From contig JANLRW010000191.1 in NCBI GenBank assembly GCA_031361925.1, positions 1 to 33,644 on the forward strand: a DNA stretch of 33,644 bases, in the 5' to 3' direction. This DNA is from Sphingomonadales bacterium. GTDB lineage: Bacteria > Pseudomonadota > Alphaproteobacteria > Sphingomonadales > Sphingomonadaceae. The notes below the pieces were generated by a model. It did no database searches. It saw only the letters and a list, made by a program, of their open reading frames with translations, and was not told the origin of the DNA. This document shows positions 24,979 to 33,644 of this stretch, in pieces. The position numbers and the translations under genes are program-made. Every line of letters starts with the position of its first letter. Position 1 is the first letter of the stretch.

Positions 24979-25368
24979 ATGAGAAAAGCAGTGATCATGT
25001 TGAGCGCGATTGGCATCGCATCGGGCGGCATTGCCGTTGCGTATGCCCGCGACAAAGCCCCGGAAGTCCGGCCAGTCGGCGAACCGAAAAATTGCGTATC
25101 GACGCACCAGATTCGGACAACTAAAATCATCGACGACGCGACGATTGATTTCAAAATGGTTGGCGGCAAAACCTACCGTAATACCCTGCCCTATAGTTGC
25201 TCTGGGTTACGCCGCGACGATGCGTTTTCGTATCGCACTTCGACCAGCCAACTGTGCAATGTGGACATCATCCGCGTGGTCGAAAATTACGGCGGCCGGT
25301 TGCAGGAAGGTGCTGGTTGCGGCCTTGGAAAGTTCCAGCAAGTTGAGCGGGTTACTCCAGCGTCTTAA
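24979..25368 (+). CDS. Small secreted four-cysteine protein (DUF6491-like)
   Basis: Signal peptide, G....NC....IR....D..TIDF......YRN.L..SC.GL, LC..D.I, C.LG.F. Confidence 0.7.
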   Translation: MRKAVIMLSAIGIASGGIAVAYARDKAPEVRPVGEPKNCVSTHQIRTTKIIDDATIDFKMVGGKTYRNTLPYSCSGLRRDDAFSYRTSTSQLCNVDIIRVVENYGGRLQEGAGCGLGKFQQVERVTPAS

Positions 25369-26224
25369 TAATTGCGGAGAAATCCAACCCGCCTGAACCG
25401 CTATCAGCAAAGGCCTGGTAAAGCTCGGCGGCGCGCTGGCCCATCGGCGTGTCCGCGCTGACATCGGCGGCAGCTTCCATCGCCAGCTTCAGGTCCTTGA
25501 GCATCAACGCCGTGGCAAAGCCGCCTTGGTAATCATTGTCGGCGGGTGAGGCGGGGCCGACGCCGGGGACGGGGCAATAGCTTGTCATCGACCAGTTCTG
25601 ACCCGATGCCTTTGACGAGATGTCGTAGAAGGTTTGCAGATCGAGCCCGAGTTTGTGCGCCATCGCAAAGGTCTCAGCCGTAGCGATCATCGACGCGCCG
25701 AGCAGCATGTTGTTGCAGATTTTTGCCGCCTGCCCCGCACCCGAAGGCCCGGCATGGATGACAGCCTTGCCCATCGCCGACAGGATCGGTTCGGCCCGCT
25801 TGAAAGCATCATTCGCGCCCCCGACCATGAAGGTCAGCGCGCCCGAATTGGCCGCAGCAATCCCGCCCGACACCGGCGCATCGACCATCGCATAGCCCTG
25901 ATTCCCGGCAAAATCGGCCACTGCTCGCGCGATCGCGACGTCGATGGTGGAACAATCAAGCAGCAAAGCCTCGGTCGGCGCATGGCCGATAACATCCTCT
26001 TCATAGACGCTCTTGACGATTTTGCCGTTGGGCAGCATTGAGACCACTGCATCGACTCCCGCAACCGCCTCGCGCACATTGTCAAAGGTCTGGCAACCAT
26101 TGGTGTTGGCGGCGGTCAGCGCGGCCTCGGCGAGATCGAAGGCATGGACGATGTGCCCCGCTTTGACCAAATTGGCAGCCATCCCGCCGCCCATATTGCC
26201 GAGCCCGATAAATGCGATTTTCAT
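25352..26224 (-). CDS. mmsB: 3-hydroxyisobutyrate dehydrogenase
   Basis: [39 protein letters not shown]; ATGA-coupled start at 26224. Confidence 0.95.
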   Translation of the reverse strand: MKIAFIGLGNMGGGMAANLVKAGHIVHAFDLAEAALTAANTNGCQTFDNVREAVAGVDAVVSMLPNGKIVKSVYEEDVIGHAPTEALLLDCSTIDVAIARAVADFAGNQGYAMVDAPVSGGIAAANSGALTFMVGGANDAFKRAEPILSAMGKAVIHAGPSGAGQAAKICNNMLLGASMIATAETFAMAHKLGLDLQTFYDISSKASGQNWSMTSYCPVPGVGPASPADNDYQGGFATALMLKDLKLAMEAAADVSADTPMGQRAAELYQAFADSGSGGLDFSAIIKTLE

Positions 26225-26994
26225 TTGCCGCTCCAATTACCCGGTCGCTTTTCCACGAACGCAGCCATGCCTTCCTTCTGGTCGGCGCTACCGAACAGCC
26301 CGTGGAACAGGCGGCGTTCGAATACTACGCCTTGCTGCAACGTTGTCTCGAACGCGGCGTTGACCATCTCCTTGGCCGCAATGGCGGCGAGCGGGGCCAT
26401 GCCGGCGATAGCCTCGGCGGTCTTGAGGGCTTCATCCACCAGTTCGGCAGACGGCACGACACGCGCGACAAGCCCCGAGCGCTCGGCCTCGGCTGCGTCC
26501 ATCATGCGACCCGTCAGGCACATTTCCATCGCCTTCGCCTTGCCGATGGCGCGCGTCAACCGCTGCGATCCGCCCATACCCGGGGTGACTGCAAGCTTGA
26601 TTTCAGGCTGGCCAAATTTGGCATTGTCGCCAGCGATGATGAAGTCCGCCATCATCGCCAACTCGCACCCACCGCCAAGGGCAAAGCCATTGACCGCCGC
26701 GATCCAAGGTTTCCGCGTTGCGGTCACCCGGTCGTAACCAGCAAAGAAATTGCCGCCATACATCTCGGCAAACGACTGGCCCTGCATTTCCTTGATATCG
26801 GCACCAGCGGCAAAGGCCTTCTCGCTACCCGTCAGCACCGCGCAGCGCTGGCTGTCATCGGCATCATAATCGGCCAGCGCGGCGATCAGGTCGGCCATCA
26901 CTTGGCTGTTCAGCGCATTCAGCGCCTGCGGGCGGTTAAGGGTAATCAGCGTCACCGCACCGCGTTGTTCGACGATAATGGTCTCATAGGTCAT
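26221..26994 (-). CDS. Enoyl-CoA hydratase (crotonase)
   Basis: [41 protein letters not shown]. Start ATG 26994. Confidence 0.95.
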   Translation of the reverse strand: MTYETIIVEQRGAVTLITLNRPQALNALNSQVMADLIAALADYDADDSQRCAVLTGSEKAFAAGADIKEMQGQSFAEMYGGNFFAGYDRVTATRKPWIAAVNGFALGGGCELAMMADFIIAGDNAKFGQPEIKLAVTPGMGGSQRLTRAIGKAKAMEMCLTGRMMDAAEAERSGLVARVVPSAELVDEALKTAEAIAGMAPLAAIAAKEMVNAAFETTLQQGVVFERRLFHGLFGSADQKEGMAAFVEKRPGNWSGK

Positions 26995-28040
26995 CGCGGC
27001 TTCCATTCTTCCGGCGCTGGCAGCGGCGCAAATATGCCGTCGAGCAATTCATCGGTCACAGCTTCGGGCGTTGCCGGGTCCCAGCACGGCGCGTTATCCT
27101 TATCGACAATCACCGCGCGCACGCCTTCGGCAAAATCGGGGCGGAGCAACACGCGGCTGGCAATACGATACTCCATCGCCATATTGTCGGCAAAATTGGT
27201 GAGCCCAGCGCTCTTCGCAAATTGCCGCAGCGCGACCTTACACGTCTGCGGGCTCTTACCGCGCAGCGTCGCCAGTTCACGCATCGCCCAATCGCTGTCA
27301 TCGGCTTCAAGGCTCGCCAATATATCCTCGAAGCGGTCGGAGGCGAAATGGCGGTTAATATCGAACAACGTCTCGACGATTTTCGATGGCGGAGGGGTGA
27401 CAGCCAGCGTCCCCAAGATGCCGTCGATCCGCTCGACATCCTCGGTCGCAATTCGCGCTTTCGCGTCGGCAAGCGCTTCTGAGGGCAGATAATGCGTAGC
27501 GAGGCCCAGCTCCAGACAGCCAGAGCCCGCAACCCGCGTGCCAGTCAATGCCAAAAACGGCCCGACACGTCCCTCGAGCCGCGACAGATACCAACCGCCG
27601 CCGACGTCAGGGAACAGGCCAATGCCGGTTTCGGGCATGGCAAAGCGGGTATTCTCGGTCGCGACGCGGAATCTGGCCGGTTGCGATATGCCGACGCCGC
27701 CGCCCATCGTAATCCCGTCCATGAACGCGACCACCGGTTTGGGAAAAGTGAACAGCAAATGATTGAGCTGATACTCGTCGTGGAAGAACTGCCGCCCGGA
27801 GGCACCCTCGTCGTTCAGTGCCGAATCGCGCAGGAATGCAATGTCGCCGCCCGCACAAAAACCGCGCCCCTCGGCATGGTCTATTATGACGCATTTGACG
27901 TGCCGCGATTTCTGCCATTTGAGCAGCGCCTCGGTCATCGCGTGCACCATATCGAGGGTCAGCGCGTGAAGCGCCGCCGGTCGGTTAAGGCTGATGATCC
28001 CGGCATGTCCTTCGATGCGGGCAAGAACGTCCTCGGTCAT
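26991..28040 (-). CDS. 3-hydroxyisobutyryl-CoA hydrolase-like crotonase
   Basis: [52 protein letters not shown]. Confidence 0.93.
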   Translation of the reverse strand: MTEDVLARIEGHAGIISLNRPAALHALTLDMVHAMTEALLKWQKSRHVKCVIIDHAEGRGFCAGGDIAFLRDSALNDEGASGRQFFHDEYQLNHLLFTFPKPVVAFMDGITMGGGVGISQPARFRVATENTRFAMPETGIGLFPDVGGGWYLSRLEGRVGPFLALTGTRVAGSGCLELGLATHYLPSEALADAKARIATEDVERIDGILGTLAVTPPPSKIVETLFDINRHFASDRFEDILASLEADDSDWAMRELATLRGKSPQTCKVALRQFAKSAGLTNFADNMAMEYRIASRVLLRPDFAEGVRAVIVDKDNAPCWDPATPEAVTDELLDGIFAPLPAPEEWKPR

Positions 28041-29182
28041 TGGCGAAGCAGATCACGGCCAACGATCATCCGCATCACCTGATTGGTGCCCTCGAGAATC
28101 GAATGCACCCGAAGGTCGCGCCAGAAACGCTCGATCGGATAGTCGCGCAGATAGCCATATCCGCCGTGCAGTTGAAGCGCACGATCAACGATCGACGAGC
28201 CGTTATCGGTGGCAAGGCGCTTCGCCATCGCCGAGAAGCGCGACTTATCGGGCGCGTTTGCGGTCACCTTCGCGGCAGCCATATAAAGCAGCGCACGCGC
28301 CGCCTCCAAGTCAGTCGCCATGTCGGCGAGCGTGAACTGCGTATTTTGAAAATCGGACACTGGTTGCCCGAACTGCTGGCGCTCCTTGGTATATCTGACC
28401 GACTCGTCAAGGCACCGCTGCGCCCCGCCAAGCGAACACGCGCCAATATTCAATCGCCCGCCATCAAGCCCGGCCATCGCAAATCGGAAGCCATCACCTT
28501 CCGCGCCCACGCGGTTTTCGACGGGTACCTTTACATTGTCGAATATCACTTGCGCGGTGGGCGAAGCGTTCCAGCCAAGCTTGCGTTCAGGCGCACCAAA
28601 GCTGACGCCATCCATATCCTTTTCGATAACCAAGCAGCTTATACCCTTGGCGCCGTCGCCACCAGTGCGCACCATCGTCACATAGACATCGTTGACGCCG
28701 CCGCCTGAGATAAACTGCTTAGTGCCGTTGACGATATAATAATCCCCGTGCAGCCTGGCGGCTGTTTTCAAAGCCGCCGCGTCCGACCCGCTCCCAGGCT
28801 CGGTTAGGCAATAGCCTGCCAATTTCTCCATACCGACAAGATCGGGGAGATACTTGGTTTTGACCCCAGCAGAGCCGAAACAGTCGATCATCCACGCCGC
28901 CATGTTGTGGATCGAGATATAAGCGCTGGTCGCAGGACAGCCATATGCCATCGCCTCCATTATCAGCGCTGCCTCAAGCCGCCCCAGCCCGATACCGCCC
29001 GACTCTTCTGACACGTAAATTGCGGCAAAGCCCAGTTCGGCAGCAGCCTTAATAGTGTCACGTGGGAAAATATGCTTTTCGTCCCATTCGGCGGCGTGCG
29101 GGGTAATGGCGTCCGCAGTGAACTTGCGCGCCACATCCTGAATCGCAATCTGGTCTTCGGTCAGGTCAAATTGATTAGTCAT
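28037..29182 (-). CDS. Isobutyryl-CoA dehydrogenase (acyl-CoA dehydrogenase)
   Basis: YCLTEPGSGSDAA, NGTKQFISG, ALQLHGGYGY, RVHSILEGTN; operon context. Confidence 0.9.
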   Translation of the reverse strand: MTNQFDLTEDQIAIQDVARKFTADAITPHAAEWDEKHIFPRDTIKAAAELGFAAIYVSEESGGIGLGRLEAALIMEAMAYGCPATSAYISIHNMAAWMIDCFGSAGVKTKYLPDLVGMEKLAGYCLTEPGSGSDAAALKTAARLHGDYYIVNGTKQFISGGGVNDVYVTMVRTGGDGAKGISCLVIEKDMDGVSFGAPERKLGWNASPTAQVIFDNVKVPVENRVGAEGDGFRFAMAGLDGGRLNIGACSLGGAQRCLDESVRYTKERQQFGQPVSDFQNTQFTLADMATDLEAARALLYMAAAKVTANAPDKSRFSAMAKRLATDNGSSIVDRALQLHGGYGYLRDYPIERFWRDLRVHSILEGTNQVMRMIVGRDLLRQ

Positions 29183-29275
29183 AGCCTTGGCCGTAGCATC
29201 GGCAACGCCCTATATCCAGCGTTTCGCTGTCGCAGCAAATTGGCCATATCCTCAGGTGTTCCCGAGCGGACGATG

Positions 29276-30775
29276 TCACCCCATCGTGGGAATGACGAAC
29301 GCGTTGGCTGCATCGCCGACGCCGCCATCTGGCCAGCGCTGCGTGATCGTCTTGACCTTGGTCCAGAACTTCACCCCTTCCATGCCGTGCTGGTTGGTGT
29401 CGCCAAAGGCGCTGCGCTTCCAGCCGCCGAAGCTGTGATAGGCGACGGGTACGGGGATGGGCACGTTGATCCCGACCATGCCGACATTGACTCGGGCTGC
29501 AAACTCGCGCGCGGCATGGCCGTTTCGCGTGAAGATCGCGACCCCGTTGCCATATTGATGTTCGCTCGGGAGACGAAGCGCGGTCTCGAAGTCGGGGGCG
29601 CGGACCATTTGCAACACGGGTCCGAAAATCTCTTCCTTGTAAGCCTGCATGTCGGTTGTCACATGGTCAAACAGGGTGGGTCCCACAAAGAAGCCTTCCT
29701 CATGGCCTTGCAAATTAAAGCCGCGTCCATCGACCACCAGTTCGGCGCCCTCATCAACGCCGGTCTGGATCCAGCCTTCAACCTTCGCCTTGTGCGCGGC
29801 GGTCACCACTGGCCCGTAATGCGCCTCGGCATCGGTCGACACACCAACGCGCAGCTTCTCGATGGCCGGGATAAGTTTTTCACGCAGGCGGTTGGCGGTG
29901 TCTTCGCCTACCGGCACGACCACCGGAAGCGCCATGCAACGCTCGCCCGCGCTACCAAAAGCGGCACCGGCCAAGTCATTGACGACTTGGTCGAGATCGG
30001 CATCGGGCATGACGATGCCGTGGTTCTTTGCGCCGCCCATCGCCTGCACGCGTTTGCCGTTGGCGACGCCGCGATTGTAGACATAATGCGCGATGTCGGA
30101 GGAGCCGACAAAGCTAACGGCACCGATAGCCGGGTGGTCGAGAATGGCGTCGACCATTTCCTTGTCGCCGTGCACGACCTGGCAAATGCCCGCAGGAAGA
30201 CCAGCTTCTAAAAAAAGTTCCGCTAATCGAACAGGAACGCTCGGATCGCGTTCGCTAGGCTTAATGATAAAAGCGTTGCCGGTCGCAATGGCAACGCCTG
30301 ACATCCACAAAGGGATCATCGCCGGGAAGTTGAAAGGGGTAATCCCTGCGCCAATACCTACCGGCTGGCGCATCGAATAGACGTCGATACCCGGCCCTGC
30401 CCCTTGGGTATATTCACCCTTCAAGACATGCGGGATACCGCAGCAGAACTCGATGACTTCAAGTCCGCGCTGGATATCACCCTTGCTATCCGCGATCACC
30501 TTGCCATGTTCAGACGAAAGCATATGCGCGAGCGTGTCCATATTGGCCTCGACCAGCCGCTTGAATTCGAACATTACGCGAGCACGCCGCTGTGGATTGG
30601 TTGCTGCCCATGCGGGTTGTGCGGCCAACGCTGCCTGCACCGCGCGCTCCAAAACTGCAGCATTGCCCAAACCAACACGCGCTTGCACAACACCGCTATT
30701 CGGGTCAAACACGTCGCCAAAGCGTAGTGCCGCAGCGCCAGCGCCGCCGTGAATTAAATGGTCAATCTGCCGCAT
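29276..30775 (-). CDS. mmsA: Methylmalonate-semialdehyde dehydrogenase (CoA-acylating)
   Basis: ITPFNFPAMIP, KPSERDP, FVGSS, GGAKNH, GERCMA, EEIFGPV, GINVPIPVP. Confidence 0.96.
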   Translation of the reverse strand: MRQIDHLIHGGAGAAALRFGDVFDPNSGVVQARVGLGNAAVLERAVQAALAAQPAWAATNPQRRARVMFEFKRLVEANMDTLAHMLSSEHGKVIADSKGDIQRGLEVIEFCCGIPHVLKGEYTQGAGPGIDVYSMRQPVGIGAGITPFNFPAMIPLWMSGVAIATGNAFIIKPSERDPSVPVRLAELFLEAGLPAGICQVVHGDKEMVDAILDHPAIGAVSFVGSSDIAHYVYNRGVANGKRVQAMGGAKNHGIVMPDADLDQVVNDLAGAAFGSAGERCMALPVVVPVGEDTANRLREKLIPAIEKLRVGVSTDAEAHYGPVVTAAHKAKVEGWIQTGVDEGAELVVDGRGFNLQGHEEGFFVGPTLFDHVTTDMQAYKEEIFGPVLQMVRAPDFETALRLPSEHQYGNGVAIFTRNGHAAREFAARVNVGMVGINVPIPVPVAYHSFGGWKRSAFGDTNQHGMEGVKFWTKVKTITQRWPDGGVGDAANAFVIPTMG

Positions 30776-30853
30776 CGTCCAGTCTCCAGATTATGATGCC
30801 GCCGCCCTGCGCGACACAGTCCCCAATTGCAAGCGCGCAACTGCTAGGTCCGG

Positions 30854-31882
30854 CTACTCATGCAATATGCGTGATGCAAACAGCTTGCGTGCAGGCTCGA
30901 TATCGTTGCGCGGGAACCAGCGGTCACCCTGCAACTTCTTTTCCCACGCCATCATTTCTAACCAAGTGCCGTTGCTCACCTCGGAATCAGGGATGAGCTT
31001 TGCTACCGGATCGGCATAGACCGCGTCCGCGGGCACGATCTGCCAACCCTTCGCGCGCAGTGCCTGTGCCAAGTCGGCTACGAACAAGGCCGCAAGGTCA
31101 GTTTCATGCAGTAACATCATCTGCACCGGGGGTTTGGCAAACATCCGCCGTGCCAGCCGGTCGGAAAATTCGGCTGATTCGACATGGGTCTCGATGTAGA
31201 GATCGCGCAAGGCTGCGAAATCCATGACCTTATCCGCTTTTTTCGCTTCAATCGTCATACTCTCCAGATACCAATCCCAACCGTCCGCAGTGACATAGCC
31301 GTGGCGGATACCGCGGTCCCGCATTCCTGCACGCACCGCATCGCGCTTGGCCTTATCTCGCCCACCTTCATCGAGTTGCGGGAAGCGGAGCCAAGGACGG
31401 TAACCGGGCTGAGGCTTCAACCAGAGCTCGGCTGCATCAACATCAGCCAGAAAACCTGCCGCTGACTGCGATGACACCGTGACATGGTTGCTGGTGTGGT
31501 TAGCAACCAAGTGGCCGGCAGACGCATAAGCTGCAATTGCTTCGGCACCTTTGTTGATAGGCGATATCCTGCCGGGATTAGCAAAAAATACGGCTTGGTC
31601 GATGCCACCGGATTTTAGCGCCGCTATCAACATCTGCGGCCTTTGTCCGACATCGAGGAACGCGCCGGGTCCGCGCGGCGTGTCGTCGAAGCTAAAAGCG
31701 ATCCGTTTTTGAGTCTGCGTGTGCGGCGACGTTGCAGCATCGGCCAAAACTGGCGGCGGGTTCAACAGAAGGAACGTGATTAAGGCAAAAGCCGCAACAG
31801 CAAGCAAATCGAACAATATGATCTGCTGCCATGACAGACGCGACAATCGCCCTAATACACTCTGCACTTGAACTCGCTCCAT
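30854..31882 (-). CDS. Polysaccharide deacetylase (CE4/NodB domain), membrane-anchored
   Basis: TM segment, IAFSFDD, ANHTSNH, RFP, D..DW, LLH motifs. Confidence 0.88.
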   Translation of the reverse strand: MERVQVQSVLGRLSRLSWQQIILFDLLAVAAFALITFLLLNPPPVLADAATSPHTQTQKRIAFSFDDTPRGPGAFLDVGQRPQMLIAALKSGGIDQAVFFANPGRISPINKGAEAIAAYASAGHLVANHTSNHVTVSSQSAAGFLADVDAAELWLKPQPGYRPWLRFPQLDEGGRDKAKRDAVRAGMRDRGIRHGYVTADGWDWYLESMTIEAKKADKVMDFAALRDLYIETHVESAEFSDRLARRMFAKPPVQMMLLHETDLAALFVADLAQALRAKGWQIVPADAVYADPVAKLIPDSEVSNGTWLEMMAWEKKLQGDRWFPRNDIEPARKLFASRILHE

Positions 31883-32046
31883 CGTCCAAAGAAACCTAGT
31901 TTATTCGAAAGCTGCGTGGTTGCATCATCCAATTTGATCACACGTCCTGTTATGAGACATGGCCATCCCAAACACCTAGTGAAGGTGAGCGCACAAAAAG
32001 GACTGGCGACCGTTGCACGGTCCTGCTACCCGCGCCTCATTGATGC

Positions 32047-32123
32047 GCACCCATAGCTCAGCTGGATAGAGCGCTGCCCTCCGAAGGCAGAGGCCAGAGG
32101 TTCGAATCCTCTTGGGTGCGCCA
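32047..32123 (+). tRNA. tRNA-Arg (anticodon CCG)
   Basis: Acceptor GCACCCA/TGGGTGC, D arm GCTC..GAGC, anticodon stem CTGCC-ctCCGaa-GGCAG, T arm AGAGG-TTCGAAT-CCTCT, encoded CCA; 77 nt. Confidence 0.98.
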
Positions 32124-32131
32124 TTTTCCTG

Positions 32132-32455
32132 TCACTTGAATACCACCGTCCGCCGACCCTTCAGCAACCCTCGGTGTTCGATATGCGCCTTTACCGCTCT
32201 GGCAGGCATGCGACTTTCGGTATCCTGTCCTTGGGCGATCAGGTCATCCACGCTATCGCCATGATCGACTACTGATACATCCTGCGCAATGATCGGTCCG
32301 TCGTCTCGGTCTGCGGTGAGATAATGGCCCGAAGCACCGACCATCTTGACGCCGCGTTCGTGAGCGCAATGATGTGGTTTTGCCCCTTTGCACGCAGGCA
32401 AGAATCTGTGGTGGATGCTGATGATCCGCCTGCTCATGTTTTCACAAAACTGCGA
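32132..32455 (-). pseudogene. purU: Formyltetrahydrofolate deformylase C-terminal remnant
   Basis: IISIHHRFLPACKGAKPHHCAHERGVKMVGASGHYLTADRDDGPIIAQD...RTVVFK matches PurU (INIHHSFLP.FKGAKPY..A..RGVK.IGATAHYV...LDEGPII.Q). Conserved residues are eroded and the N-terminal two thirds are absent. Confidence 0.85.
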
Positions 32456-32524
32456 TGCAATGCGCTACGCTCGGCACGATGCCGGGGCAGTCCTTTTAGG
32501 TAATCAGGAGGACTAACCGCGCGC

Positions 32525-33643
32525 TCAGCCCAGCAGCAATGGCGCGAGTTTTGCCCTTTGCCAAGCCGCATCGCCATATTGCGAGGCGTGGAAGATTGCG
32601 GCGCGGCGGTGGAGCCCCGCATCGCAATCATGCGTAAAGCCGAAGCCGCCGTGAAACTGGATCGCGCGGTCGGAGGCAAAGCTGTAGACCCCGTCTGCCG
32701 CCGCTTTCGCCATCCGTACCGCAACTTCGCCAAGCCCTTGGTCGCTGAAGCTTGAAGCAGCACTATAGAGATGCGAGCGCGCTTTTTCATAATCGACATA
32801 GGCATCAACAACGGGGTGCTTAAGAGCCTGATATTCCCCAATTACCTTGCCGAACTGTTTGCGTGTTTGCAGATAGCTGACCGTGTAATCGATAACACTT
32901 TGCGCCCCACCGCACATCTCCGCGCTCTGCAACAGTGCCGCAGCTTGTTCGATATGCGCCAGCGTTTGCCCAGCTTTACCTATGTCGAGCAACGCCGATT
33001 TGCCGATGCAAATCCCGTCGAGCGACAGCGCAAAGCTGCGCTTGGTTTCGTCAATAATCGCTTCGCGGCGCAGGCGGCCCGCGATATCGGCTGCGGTCAG
33101 GAGAACCAACGCAGGCTTGCCGTCGAACATGACCGACGCAATTATCACGTCCGCCGTTGCCGCCCAAAGCACAAACAGCTTTTCGCCGGAGAGGATAAGC
33201 GTATCGCCATCGTTCTTGGCGAACGCATTGATGTTGGTCAAATCCCAGTCACCATGCGCTTCGGACAGCGCAAGCGTGCCAATAGTGCCTTCGGCCAGTC
33301 TTGGTAGCCAGTCCGCCTGCTGCGCTTGAGTGCCGCCGACAACCAGCGTCTGTGCAGCCAATGTCGCCGATCCAAGGGGCGAAGCCATGAGGTGCCTGCC
33401 CATTTGTTCCACAACCGGCACCACTTCAGCGATCGTCAACCCTACGCCGCCATGCGCTTCGGGAATGGCAATCGCCGTCCAGCCGAGCGCTGCCATCTCT
33501 GCCCAGATATCGGCATCATAGCCACGTTCGCTGTCGATCAGGTTGCGGACTTTGGCGATCGGCGACTTATCGCGGCAAAACGTTGTTGCCACATCGAGCA
33601 GTTCGATCTGCTCCTCGCTATAGCCAAGCCCTGCCAACTGCAT
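32525..33643 (-). CDS. Acyl-CoA dehydrogenase family protein, probably the non-catalytic subunit of a heteromeric ACAD
   Basis: IPEAHGGVG, RKQFGKVIGEYQALKH, QFHGGFGFT; C-terminal HASQYGD in place of I-Y-E-G. The start lies at the window edge and may extend further. Confidence 0.85.
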   Translation of the reverse strand: MQLAGLGYSEEQIELLDVATTFCRDKSPIAKVRNLIDSERGYDADIWAEMAALGWTAIAIPEAHGGVGLTIAEVVPVVEQMGRHLMASPLGSATLAAQTLVVGGTQAQQADWLPRLAEGTIGTLALSEAHGDWDLTNINAFAKNDGDTLILSGEKLFVLWAATADVIIASVMFDGKPALVLLTAADIAGRLRREAIIDETKRSFALSLDGICIGKSALLDIGKAGQTLAHIEQAAALLQSAEMCGGAQSVIDYTVSYLQTRKQFGKVIGEYQALKHPVVDAYVDYEKARSHLYSAASSFSDQGLGEVAVRMAKAAADGVYSFASDRAIQFHGGFGFTHDCDAGLHRRAAIFHASQYGDAAWQRAKLAPLLLG

Positions 33644-33644
33644 C

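Noticed and set aside
26212-30211. Long plus-strand ORFs (26212..27492, 28040..28708, 29072..30211)
   Set aside because: Antisense shadows of well-supported mms operon genes, expected from GC-rich codon bias; no recognisable motifs.
32434-32841. 135-aa minus-strand ORF bridging the ACAD and the purU remnant
   Set aside because: Mostly an alternative frame of the ACAD gene, with no PurU N-terminal similarity.
1-33644. CRISPR array, rRNA, transposase or integrase
   Set aside because: No regularly spaced repeats, rRNA-like sequence or recombinase motifs were seen in the window.

Overview
GC-rich alphaproteobacterial chromosome segment; gene order and protein style point to Sphingomonadales. 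The backbone is housekeeping: smr-mltA-tim44 / secB-murJ-trpS, dnaA-rpsT-mutM / ubiE-ubiB-coaBC-dut-moeB, cobB / dapB, nth, a five-gene valine/isobutyrate catabolic operon and tRNA-Arg(CCG). Small, probably accessory units interrupt it. These are a lone GPH-family sugar transporter, a zinc-ribbon/SH3 membrane protein behind dnaA, and two paralogous secreted proteins with a TonB-box-like motif but no beta-barrel. An MNT-HEPN toxin-antitoxin pair sits inside the ubiB-coaBC junction. Between dapB and nth lies a block with a MipZ-family ATPase (DnaA box and GANTC site upstream), an orphan DUF898 gene, a decayed ParE-type module and a small-terminase-like HTH gene. The strongest candidate for an undescribed system is at 23.36-24.96 kb. 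There a perfect alphaproteobacterial LexA box is centred between the ParE module and the terminase-like gene, which is followed by a 50-bp hairpin and nth. Right of the tRNA are a purU remnant and an acyl-CoA dehydrogenase subunit lacking the usual C-terminal catalytic Glu, possibly an island edge. All calls come from reading motifs by eye; no searches were run.
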